NCBI GenBank assembly: GCA_001662655.1
Contig: KV460209.1
Source: Pseudogymnoascus verrucosus
Lineage: Eukaryota
DNA length: 64,000 nucleotides
Direction: 5' to 3' (one strand)
Shown here: positions 10,905 through 23,400 of the stretch, piece after piece
Layout of the letters: the number at the start of each line of letters is the position of its first letter
Numbering within the stretch: the stretch's first letter is position 1
The notes under the pieces: generated by a model
Database searches by the model: none
Seen by the model: only the letters and a program-made list of their open reading frames with translations
What the model was told of the DNA's origin: nothing
Position numbers and translations under genes: made by a program

Positions 10905-12554
10905 ATGGCTAATGTCACTGTGGTTCTCGGATCCCAGGTAAGCGCTCCTGTCCCCCCAGAAACTTTTGCGGCGGTCTTTCGTTGGCCGTCCGTTTGTTTG
11001 CGTGGTATAGGGCTGATAGAGGGGTGACTCAAGTGGGGAGATGGTATGCACACGACAACTCCGTCCCATTGTTTGCGGATGGCCATGCTGACTTTTATGC
11101 GATAGAGGGCAAAGGCAAATTGGTACATTATTATATCCTCTTTTTTCGAATTCTGGGCTAAAATATGAAAGGTGGACATCTTATCTAGCAAGGCGCAAAT
11201 CTGTGCCCGCGCACAGTAAGTTATCTCCAAAAGTGCGTTTATCATGAAGCCGTACTGACAATTGAACCAACAGGGGCGGAAACAATGCTGGCCATGTACG
11301 ATAATTCTACCAATATATAACTTGACACGAAATTTAACCTTCGATAGACTATTGTCGCCGAGGGAAAGACGTTACACTACCACATGATCCCGAGCGGTCT
11401 CGGACTCGTCAACGAGAAATGTGTGAACCTCATCGGTTCGGGAACTGTTGTCCACATCCCCGCATTTTTCCAGGAACTCGAGGCCCTCAAGGCCCATGGC
11501 GTCATTGTCGATGATAGACTCTTCATCAGTGACCGCGCGCACGTTGTTTTGGACTTGCACCAGCGCGTTGATGGGCTCGAGGAGAGAGAGCTCAGCGGAG
11601 AGAAGATTGGCACAACCGGAAAGGGTACATCATTACCACCGCTGTTATACCAGTCATGAACACTAACAAGATACAGGTATTGGGCCAACATACAGCACAA
11701 AGATGACCCGCAGCGGTATCCGCATCAGCGAGATCTTCGACGAAGAGCTCTTCGAGACCAAGCTCCGCCGCATAGCTGCCGGCTTCAAGAAGCGCTACGG
11801 AGACCTGCTCGAGTACGACCCAGAGGCCGAGATCGCGTCCTTCAAGGAGTACCGCGAGAAGCTCGCTCCCTTCGTCATTGACCAGGTCCCATTCCTGCAG
11901 TCCGCCAAGGCGAGCAACACGAGCATCCTCGTCGAGGGCGCGAACGCTATCATGTTGGATATTGACCACGGAACCTACCCCTACGTCACCAGCTCTAACA
12001 CCGGTCTGGGAGGAATCCTGACTGGTCTTACTCTTGGATGGAGATCGCTGAAGGATGTCATTGGTGTCGTGAAGGCGTACACCACCCGTGTTGGCGGCGG
12101 ACCCTTCCCAACCGAGCAACTCAACGAGGTTGGCGTGAAGCTCCAGGAGGAGGGCCGCGAGTGGGGTGTCACCACTGGCCGCAGGCGCCGCACCGGCTGG
12201 TTCGACGCCGTGGTCGTCGCGTACTCCCACCAGGTGAACGACTACACGTCGCTGAACCTGACGAAGCTGGACGTCCTCGACGACTTTGACGAGCTCAAGG
12301 TCGCCGTGGCGTACAAGTACAACGGGGAGAAGCTCGACTCCTTCCCCGCGAGCCTGGATATCCTGGAGAAGGTGGAGGTTGTTTATGAGACGCTGCCGGG
12401 CTGGAAGTCGTCGACGAGCGGATCGACGAAGTGGGAGCAGCTGCCGGTGAATGCGCAGAAGTACATTGAGTTCATCGAGACGTTCTTGGGTCATGGCCTG
12501 AAGATCAAGTACATCGGCACTGGTCCGGATAGAGAGCACATGATCGTTAGATAG
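10905..12554 (+). CDS. ADE12: Adenylosuccinate synthetase
   Basis: Exons 10905-10937, 11034-11043, 11106-11122, 11172-11215, 11274-11295, 11348-11624, 11677-12554 give [50 protein letters not shown] and TKLDVLD. Confidence 0.96.
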
Positions 12555-13221
12555 ACGTGTGTTGCTATAGTTCTCGCGAGGATGTAGAGCGGCACACGGT
12601 TAGGTCGGATAGGGTTAGATGGATTCTCATCGTTAGAAATCAATGGCATTCATAACACTCCGGCGCAAGGAAGGTAATACGTGACAGCTCCGCGCCATGA
12701 CCGGATTGGGACCGATGGAGCGCTCATATGGGCGCCTCTTTGACGCGTATAAAAACCTTACCGGATTAAGCCTGAGTAACGACCAGGCATCTTGCGAAAT
12801 AGGCCCTGTGGCGCAGAGACTTGTTTTCGGCGTCATCCTATTCCTTGTATTATTACTTCGTATATTGCTGTATTGGGCGGAGCAGGATGCGCGATGATGT
12901 GGTAGGTAATAAATGAGGACGATCAGGGTTGATCCATCGCTAAGACATGGATCCCGTCATCTCATCTATATATATCCCGGCTTACTACCTTGGTAGGTGC
13001 CAATCGAGGACATGGCAACAGGAATATATTTAAGCAAAACGATTGCTGTTCTGTTCAACTTCTAATTAAATATAACCCGGCGCTCCCACCTCACCTTTTA
13101 TGGTTATATCTATATCACCTGCTTACTATCCATAGCAGCTTCAAGTGATACAGAGCTTAAACCTTACTCCCCGCCTACACCACTTCTGTATCCTCCCAAC
13201 AACCACCCCACAACCATCACC

Positions 13222-14064
13222 ATGGCCACCGAACGTCTCTACCAACTTCTCTACCCCCTTCCCTCCCCACCTCCCCGACCCCGCCTCTCCTCCTCCCCAA
13301 TGCAAATCCTCGCCCTCGGCCTCCCCCGCTCCGGCACCGACTCCCTCCGCACCGCCCTGCACACCCTAGGCTACACCCACATCTGGCACGGCTTCGACCT
13401 TCCCTCCACACGCCCCCACGACTGCGCCATCTGGGTCCCTCTCCTGCAATCCAAAGCGCGTGGCGACTCCGGGCCAGGTCGGGAGTTTGACTGGGACGTG
13501 CTGTTGGGTGATTGCGATGGGGTGATGGATATGCCTCCCGGAATATTCGCCGAGGAGTTATTGGATTTTTACCCGCAGGCGAAGGTGGTGCTGAATCGGA
13601 GGAGGGATATGGATGCCTGGCATCGGAGTTTGAATGAGGCTGCGAAGATGATATTGGGGAGTTGGGGGATATGGGGGTTGAGTTGGTGGGATGCGGAACT
13701 GTTTTGGTGGTATCGGAGTGCGGTGTTGTGGATGGGGATTATGGGAGAAGGCAAAGGGGGGTTTGAGAAAAATGGGAAGGAGTGGGCGGAGAGGTATTAT
13801 GAGAGGTTGGAGGGGAAGTTGGAGAGGGAGGGGAGGGAGTATTTGGATTGGGAGGTGAGGGATGGGTGGGGGCCGTTGTGTGGGTTTTTGGGGAAGGAGG
13901 TCCCGCATGAGGATTTCCCTTGGGGGAATAAGGGGGGGAATGAGTTTGAGAAGAATGCGAATAAGGCTATTGAGAAGATGGTGAAGAGGGCGGTGGTGAG
14001 GATTGCGGGGACGGTGGTTGTAGTTGCGGCGGGTGTAGGAGGATGGTGGTGGAGGTCACAGTGA
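13222..14064 (+). CDS. P-loop sulfotransferase-like protein (Sulfotransfer_4 type) with a C-terminal membrane anchor
   Basis: ILALGLPRSGTDSL, DMPPG..F.EELL..YP.AKVVL, and DGWGPLC.FLGK.VP...FP motifs; hydrophobic C-terminus. Confidence 0.85.
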   Translation: MATERLYQLLYPLPSPPPRPRLSSSPMQILALGLPRSGTDSLRTALHTLGYTHIWHGFDLPSTRPHDCAIWVPLLQSKARGDSGPGREFDWDVLLGDCDGVMDMPPGIFAEELLDFYPQAKVVLNRRRDMDAWHRSLNEAAKMILGSWGIWGLSWWDAELFWWYRSAVLWMGIMGEGKGGFEKNGKEWAERYYERLEGKLEREGREYLDWEVRDGWGPLCGFLGKEVPHEDFPWGNKGGNEFEKNANKAIEKMVKRAVVRIAGTVVVVAAGVGGWWWRSQ

Positions 14065-14419
14065 TTTCCTAAGAGGATGGAGAACGGGTCTCAGAAAAGG
14101 ATGCTCGGGTCAGACAATGCACCACGAAGATTCAGACGAGGTATCTCATTATCAAAAGCCATATTATTTAAAGGGGTTTTATTTGGAGGTTCTACTGTAT
14201 CTCCATGTAAGAAAACATATACATAAGAAAAGGGGGTATAAGACAGACCACCGCTTCCCGTACCCGTACAATCTAGCCCTATCCTTGCAAAGCAAGACGA
14301 CGCGCGCTGAAATAAGCTAAATATACAACTGATCCAAATCATACAAACGAAACATCATACATCAACTCCATTATCTTCCGTAATCTTCAACACATGAGCT
14401 TCCCTCTGCTCCTCTCCCC

Positions 14420-17400
14420 TCAGGCCGCAACGGCCGCCTCAGCCATCAACTGCTCACCCTCATCAAGAATCTCGGTGATCTTCCCGAGATTCCCAATCAT
14501 GCTCCTTCCCAAGCCCACAAGGAGGAGCTTCTCTGCGTTCGCCGGCAGGCCGAGGTAAGTCGGCGGCTCTCTCTCGGGTAACTTGTTCACCCACTCCATA
14601 TATTCTTTCAGGCCAGTTCCGCTGGGGACAACCAGGCTTCCGTCGCTTCCATCGGTGGCAACTGTGAGTCCTGGTGTGCTTTCCACAAGCTTGTGGCCGA
14701 TCTCGTATGCCGCGGGGGTTATGATGGAGTCGACTAGCTGGGTAAGACGTGCGAAATCTCCCTCGTCGTCAATCTTTCCTCCATAGGTTTCAGTAATCAA
14801 AGTCCTGAGCATATCCCATGGGAGATTCTGGGGTGCAACGTTTGACCGACCGCCGGAAACGGATTCAACCCAGGTATCGATCACGTGTGCAGAGCATTCA
14901 TACTGTAAATGAGGTTAGTAAAGAACATTTTGAGGTGATTCGGGTAATACATACGTCGCTGTCATTGAACTCCCAGAAACCCTTCCATCCAAGGTTTGGC
15001 GCATAGCGCAGACGCTCTTGTACAACTGCGTGTAGGAAAGAGAGCAGAAGATACAGCCGGGTTCGCTCAACCGGTGTCTTAATCGCCCTGGTGGACACAG
15101 ACGAAAGAGAATCCTTCATATTCGCTCTCACACCAGCTGGTTGCTCGTACATCAGGACACGAGACGCTCTCAGCAAATTGACAGGAATCTTCGGACTCGA
15201 TTCCATCGACAGGAAGAGTCTGAAGTCTGGGTGCGGCTTGAGGGAATCCATACGCTTCTCAAGACTTTGAAGCCACGTAGGTGCCAAGTGAACGTTCTTG
15301 ATGAGCACCCAGTTTCCAGTGGCGGCTGCGTTGCTGATTGCCTTGTCTGCCGTTGATAAGCCCTCGTTTGAACCCATGGCAATGTTTGTGCAAGAAGCCT
15401 GGACTCTCTCAACGAGACTGTCCACCTTGTAACTGGCATCGAATCCAGGGCTGGAGCAAAGCGCAATAGGGCGGCTTGCTGAGACCTGTTCGACAGTCTG
15501 ACTTAGGTCTTCCGTCATGTCGAAGATTCTTGAGCCAAACACCGCGGTAACAAAACGCTCTGCGGAAGGAACGAATCGATCGAGGCGGAAGATCTTAACG
15601 ACTAGTAATGAGTACAGTTCCTTGTCAATCTCGCTGGTACTGTCGTCCCAGATCTTGGGAATGAAATTCTCTCCCATTTCCTCGCAAAGGAAGCGGTCCA
15701 AATCTGCAGGAGGTATGTTGTCCAGTTTCCCCTTAAGAGCAGGAACACGCGCTGCTCGTGCAAATACTTCCTCCTTGCGGCCCGTCTCTGTGGATAGATC
15801 GGTACCATCAATGCCATCATCCAGGATTAAGTCAATGAGGCTCTTGTCCATCTTAAATGGCGAGGCTTGAGCAAGCAACATTGCGAATGTAATCCGGTCC
15901 TTCTGTAACAATCCAAGTGAAGTTCGTTGGTAAGTTGTCACGAAGAGATCTTCGATGATAATATCGCGTCGAACATTGTGGTCTGTCTCGGTGGCTAACC
16001 TTGGGTTATCGTGGAGAACGCTGTTGAAAATGTCCAAAAAGTATTGCAACGAAAATTGGTAGAAGTGGTTGAGGTAATGGAGCTGTTCCAGAACAGCAAA
16101 CACAGCGCTGCAAGAACGAGCAATGATATTGTACTGGAGTGTGATTGCGTCGACTTCTGCCATCACACCTTCGGTGCTGCTCATCTTCTTTGAGATTTCA
16201 GCGGCCTCCTTCTTCAATGTCTCGAGAGTCTCAATGACGTTGTCATCGTCCAGAATATTACCACGGGACTCATTCAGAGCCTGCAAGAGGCGCTTCTCCA
16301 ATTGGCGAAGGTGGACCTTGAATTCTCCCTGTAATTTGATCAGGTTGGATCTTCGCTCATCCACATCAGGACGCTCAGATTTCAGGACCTCGTTCAATGA
16401 TTGCGTTTGGAGACTGCTCTGGGTGACAGTGAAATTGACGAATGTTGTGCGACTGCATACATCTGGTGCAAACGTAGCCGATGGATCTCTGGTCGAGAGA
16501 TAGATCTTGAAGGCTGGGGAGAAATCGATCTCTTGCTTGCCGAGCTGGATGAGAACACGCCCGCCAGTCTTTTGGTATTCCTTGTTGAGGACGTGGTTAA
16601 GGATTGGATCCAAATGCTCGGCATCTTGAATCAAGATCGGGTTACCGAAACGGAGCGAACTCTCAAGCTGTTTGGTGAAAGAATCATCCAGGAAACTGGT
16701 AACAGTCAATCTCCGATCCTTGCATTCCTTCTGAAGGAACTCGGTGACGCGTCCGGAAGGATCGATGATCAGAGGATAACGGTTGAAGCGCTTCAAGATG
16801 ATAGCATTTTCGGTGCAGAGATCATCAACTGGAAGCGAATTTTCTTGCCAGCTTAGTCTCTCATCAGCCGACGACAGGTATTCAGTAATCGGATTGTGCT
16901 GCTTGAAGTCGATGCCAGACATCTGGAGTTGGCCGAGCCAATCATCCATCATGTTTTTGCGGAATTGCTGGTCGTAAAGTCCACTGTATGCCAGGAAGGC
17001 AGCTGCAACAAGAACATCTCCCACCAAGGTGCTGATCTGGGTTTCAAACGATTTGCTTGCATCCTCCCATCTGGTTCTCTCCGACGACAAGCTGTCAAGA
17101 AGACGAACACTGCGATCGACCTTGAATTGAACTCGCGACATCTCTGACTTGATTGCCTGTGTCTCGCTAATAAGGGCTGCGTATTCCGTCTTGTAGCGTG
17201 CAATACTTTGCTCCAATGCAGTGATAGTATTCTCGACAGCCTGTGCCTCTGCCTTCGTCTCGAGAGCCTTCTCCTCAAGCAGGCCAACCTCTTCCCTCAA
17301 TGGACCAACACGATCCAAAATCTCGGAATAGTTGACTTGAGCCTCAACCCACTGGACAAGAGGTCCACATGCTTTACTGGCGTGGCTGACCTTTTCGTAG

Positions 17401-20400
17401 GTGAAGTCTTCTTTGGAAAGGAAATCATTTCGCATCTTGACTCGGAGGTTCTTCGTCATCTGCTTCTCATTGTCATAATTGACGATACTGGCAATGAAAT
17501 CATCACGACGAATGATACCTTGAACCGTCTTCCAGCTGTCGATGCGGTGGCCAAGCAGAGTACAAACAGAGTCCAAAGCAAGCTTAACACCCCTTGGAGG
17601 GTTAGACATAGAACGCACTTCTGTTAGGTGCTGCTTCTTGATATTGCTGACACTCTTTTGTGCCTCGATAACGGCGGGCTCAGCATTAGCCAGGTCGTTC
17701 AGGACAAGCTCTCGGCGCTCAGCCACTGTAACTTCCTGCTTCTCAAGGGCAGATTGGATCTCCAGAGACGTTGTCTTGCGCTGTTCTGCCAGTCGTTGAT
17801 CAGCAATCATACGTTGCAGCTTCTCGTTTGCCTCTGCGTCTTTACGCTCGAGCTGGCCAGTTTTCTCCGCGAGGCTGATGCGAAGGTCGCGAACTTTATC
17901 AACGGTATCTCTCAGTTTCTCCAAACCGACATTCAAATGACGCTGCTGATCCTCCAAGTCTTCGCGCTTTTCATTGTAAAGCTTGACGTATTGAGCAACG
18001 AAGTCCAAGAAGTGCCTGGGAGTGAGGAAAGTAACTCTGCTTTGTTGCTTGAGCAACTTGAGGTTGAAGCGCTGCAGAGAGTAATGGATATAAACCATTG
18101 CGTTGACAACTGCATCCCGGTGACTGGCAGGTAAGGAGAGCTCGCGATATGCCACTGGGATACTGTCGGATGGAGTGTAGCTTGGACGGTCCAGGTCGAC
18201 AGAATGGGTTAATTCGGATCCAACCTGGAACAACGCTTGATCAGACCAGTCACCAAACCAGTTCAGAACACAACGATTGAAAAGAGCAGGACTAGTCGCT
18301 GCCTTCGACGAAAGACCGTCTTCGGGTGGGTTCATCGTGAAAACAACGTGAAGGTTCTTGATGATCTGTTGCGTGAACCATTTGTAGAGTTCTTCCTGGG
18401 AGTCGAGCAAGAGACCTTGGCGTTGAGCACCTTCCTTGCAGGCAGTCATCAGGGATGCTAACTCATCGCCTTCGAACAGACCAGGAACTTCAGCATTAGC
18501 AAGCAATGTGTTCATACGCTCAAGGAATCCGGAATCAAGAACGTTAGCTTCGTCCATAATGAAACAAATCTTCTCGCCCTTACATCCACTGCGACGAAGA
18601 ACATCGCGCAGATCGTCGTCGAAGTCCTCACCCGAGTACTTGCCATGGACCTTGATTTGGAAAACCTTCAGGCCATTCATCCAGGCAACAAATCTGGACA
18701 ACGTCGTTTTGCCACTACCACTGACACCAATCAAAATAAGATGACCCTGTGGTTGTCTGAATACTCGATCAATGCGTAAGACGTGCTCGAGGACGTCATT
18801 GAAAAGAATCAGGGGCACATCAACTTCCTCCTCACAGAAAGTCTTCAGCCTAGCCTTTACAAACTCGCGTAGCTGTTCTCTATCGACGGGAACGTAGTTC
18901 TTCGAGAGCCAGTTGGAATACAGGATTGGTCCAGCGAGAGCCTTGGTTTCGTCCATCATTGGGAAGAACTCGAGCGCATTTCGGCGGACAGCATCGTCAG
19001 TCCATTTGCGTTCATCTTCAGAAACCAGACGATCCTGGAAGAGTCGAAGCGCCTCATGCGCCCAGATACGTACTAGCCCTTCCACGGAAAGAGTATCAAG
19101 TGGTCTAATGGCTTCGTAAATACCTCGAACCCATCTTGTGAGTTCACGGGGACTGTAGACGTAGTGGGGCTGGATCTTTGGCGTGAAGCGCTCCTGGGAT
19201 TCGGTATAAAATTGAACCATGGCATTGGTAAGTGCTTCGGAGTATCCTCTCAGCGACGGAACAATCTTGAGCACAGCACTGGTGAAGGTGCCGTAAATCT
19301 GCTTGAGTGATAGCTGACCGGGATAATCAACCATGATCAAAGGAGCATGTCTGAGGAATCTGGCGCCCATTGGGGTGCGGCCAGCATCCGTAGGAGGGTT
19401 ACAGGCACCCACAAATTGGATCCTATCGAGTGTAACCCATGTCTTATCGGATGTTCGCCAGAAACCGTTCTGCTCGACGAGCTGTCTCAGGAAAGAGATG
19501 GCACGCTGTGTTCCGTATTTGTCAGGCGACGGTAAGTTAATCTCGTCGCAGAAAAGTACAAGCCATCTCCCGATTTGTGTTGGGGACAAAATAACGCCGT
19601 TCAACGTCTTCTTGTACTCGCAGTACTGCTCAAAGGTTTTGATCAGCAGGTCTGGCGTGGTTGCACTCGAGAAATTCAGTCCAACGACCTCCATGTTAGG
19701 CAGCTTGCGAAGAGCGCTGAATAATGTCATCGTCTTTCCGGAACCAGGCGGACCACACAGCAGTAGCGGCTTGTGTTCGGCGAGCCACGAGTAAAGGACA
19801 TCTTCGTGGCGGACAGTGTCCAGGGTTGGAATGACAACATCTGTCTGGGTAATGGAGTGCGTATTGACTTCGATCGTTGGCACCTGGTTCTGCCACGACA
19901 CCCACTGTGCTTGAGGCAACGTGACGTCGAAATCGATCAAAGACGAGTTGCCCTCGAGAAGTGGCGACCCGAATGTGGATAGAGTTGCGACATAATCACC
20001 GAACACCTTTCGGTCACCAAGTGGACAATCACCAGTCAAGGACCAGACGAGTGCAAGAAGTAGCTTCTTCGACACAAACGATTCGACCTGGTCGGAATCC
20101 AAGGGGAAATCAACATGCTGAGCGTTGTATTCCACAATATCCCGAACTGTCTTGTTGAGGAGCGAGAATAAGGTGTTCAGAACACGGGCAACTGTGAATT
20201 CCATAATGTGGTTGAAATTCTCCGCATGCTCGAGTGCAGTAAGGAGGAAGTCTTCAGTCTTAAGATAGGATTGTAACAAATCCGAGACTTCCCCTTGAAT
20301 GACCAACGCCTTGGCTGTGGTTTGGCCTGTAGCAACGGAGTCTTCGTCGAGATCCTCCAGTGCCACCTTCCGAAGCTTGCCGAGATAGTTGTCTACCATC

Positions 20401-23400
20401 ATTGTTGGAGTGACAGTATCCTCACTGAACCAAACCATACCACAACGACTGACTGTTGCCAATGTAGCGTACTTGAGGGTCTCAACCTCAAACATGATTC
20501 GTACGTTTGATGGGAGGTTGAGACGTTCTCCGTTTGGCAAAGTCAAGAGCTTGTTGTCGTCAAGAACACTGTTAAGATTTTCAACCCACTCTGGGTCGAC
20601 ATCTCCATCAAACACAATCCAGTGGCGCTTTGTCTCTTCGCCTCTCAGATTGTCGACAATCTTGCGAAGAATGCTCGTAAACAGACCATCAGTCCACTCT
20701 CGGGTGGTAGAATCAAGGTTACCGTACAAGGCCTCCTTGGACATGACCTTTGAGTCAATAACATGGCAGACACCTTCAACGCCCTCAACTTGTTGTAAAG
20801 CTTGAAGGAGAACCTTCCACGCTGCTGTCTTTCCGGAGCCAGAGTTACCGACCATCATAACACCATGGTGAATTGTCTGGATTTGGAATAGTTGTAGAAT
20901 CTTCGTCATCCAAGTGTCGTTGACAACGAGGTTCCTTTCAGCAGCAATACTTTGCATGGATGCCTTAAGTTCCTCAAGGGCTGCTGGAATATATTGAACT
21001 CCAGGGAAAGATTCCTCTTCAATCGCTCTCATGATTTCAACATCGCTCTTGATCAACTTTGGAGCGATGGTCTCACGAATACTCTGAACAATAATTTGAG
21101 GCTCAACCTCCTCTTCAGGGCCAAGGTCGCCACCAGATACTGTCAACCGAGCACGCTTCAATCCACCGGAGCTAACAAGAACACTCTTCAGGGCACGGAG
21201 CCCAAAGTCGTAATGAGCTTGTTTTGATAGCTTGGCTCCACAGCGGTCGAAGAATGGTACAGTCTGCTTCGATAGTTGCTTTGCTTGGTTGAAACCTTGG
21301 GAGTAGAGCATAACTTCGGCAATAAGCTCCTTGTCTGGCTTCGACATTGCCACGCTGCGGAAAAGTTTCTTCAAGTTATCAGGCAGGTTGGATCGACCAG
21401 CATAACCAGGGTTCATCGTGATGAAGATACCGGTGTTGGCGTTAACTCGAAGTTGGCGGCCGACAAGCTCAATCTGCGACTTCTCGTCCTCAACACCTTG
21501 CTTGAGGCCCAGTTGGATGTTCTGGACTTGCTGAGAAACCGCAGAAAGAATTCGCTCTTCCAAACGATTGAACTCATCGAAACAACCCCAGGCTCCAACT
21601 TGACAGATACCAAGGAAAATTCGGCCCATAGCTTGGAAATCGAAAGTATCGTCACAGCAGAATACAAGTGTGAACCTACCCAGCTGCACACCCAGGGCTT
21701 TGACGGACTCAGTCTTACCAGTACCGGCAGGACCGTATGGAGATCCACCAAGTCGCTGGGAAAGAGCTTGTGTTAAGGTCAAGAAACAACGATCGGTCAG
21801 GGGTGTTCTGACGAGTCTCTCTGCGACTCCAAGGTATTCGAAGCCGTAGCTCAGCTTGGCATTTGCCATGTTGATCGAAATACGGTTCAAGAAGTCTCCC
21901 TCGGGCTGATAGACATAGCGCATCTGCAGGAGCCACATATAATGGGTTGGGGTTGTTGCGTTGAGTCTAACGAGCTTCTCAATAACATCACGTTGATGGA
22001 CACACTCTGTGATAAGGTGCTCGCACTTCTTTCGCTCAATTGGGTCGAGATCACCAAGAACAGTAGTGGCAAGCAGTCGCAGGACCTTCACTTCTTGATC
22101 ATAGAGGCTTTGAAGATTTGAACCGCCGGCTTGAAGAGAGGCTTCAACGGCATTTGTCCAGACAGCCTGAGTAGCGAGGACAACAATTTGAGCTGGGAAC
22201 TTCTTGATGTACTCATTAAGAAGAGTGGCGTCGACATCTTCGGCAGTAAAGAGGGCGTTAAACTCGCTGTATGCCTCTGCGAGTAGTTCAGCAAGAGTGC
22301 TCTTCATGCTACTCTCGAGGAGTGCCAGCCAATCGTTGATCTTCGGTGTTTTGACAAGAGATATTTCCTTCTTCAAGCGAACTTCTTCGCCCTCCCTTGA
22401 CGTGAAGCCGGAAATGATTGCATCCTGGTCCATTATAAGCCCAGATAATCCGGCAAACATCTTCTTGAAATGCTTTGCAATGCGTAGTGTATCATTGCTG
22501 TTGCCGATAATCTCCAATAGATCTTCATCTCCAACGAAGTAAAAGCGCGGGAATGATACTCTCTCCCTTTCGAGATATTCTCCCAGGGCTTTCTGGATCT
22601 TGTTCAACAAATCCGCCAGACGCTCCAAAGACTTTTGGACTTCTGGAATGTTGAGGACATCGAGGACAAATGGTACCTTATACACCTTCTTCATGACCGA
22701 AAAGAATTCAGTGTTGATATTTTGGAATCTGTTCGACTCAACAGGAAGAAGATGCTTGATGTCAGCGTTGCCGGTGAACACGCCCTCAAGGTAGACCCAT
22801 TGGCGCTGCACATCAATCCAGACATCAAACAGAACATGAACTCGGTTAAGCTTGTCTTCCCAAGAAGCAGCCTCCTCTTCGAATTCCTTATAGTAAGGAG
22901 AGTGTCTCATGGCCTGCAACGAGTTGAGGTTTTCGCTGCACTTGGCGAAGAGATCATCCCAACCACGAATCAGCTTGCACTTGTTCTGGTAGGCAACAAG
23001 ATCAAGCGAGTAGTTTGTCCAGATCTCCCGAACCTGCTTCAGGAATTCTTCGAGTGCCATTTCTCCTTGTGCCTGGGCAATGATGTCCCGAATCACAACT
23101 TCGCTTGCAGCAAGGTTGAGATCCCAAACATCACCAAGAGTCATAGAAATAGGAGAATAGCGCTTCCCCGGTCTAAGAGACTTGTAGATCTTGTTCCAAT
23201 GACGGTCACGGACAGCCTCAGATTTCATCTCAGCGAGAAGCGAGTTGGCTTTCAGCAACTTGCGTAAGATATTCTGAATATGTTCGAAGGCGGCATATTG
23301 GCGCATTCGGCTGGGCATATCCTTCGTCATCTTAATGAGGCCATCGATTGAAGTGCGCAGTTTTCTTGGCTGGACGCTGTTCCAAAGAGTATCACGAAGG

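Noticed and set aside
11592..12539. 315-aa - strand ORF
   Set aside because: Antisense shadow of the strongly codon-biased ADE12.
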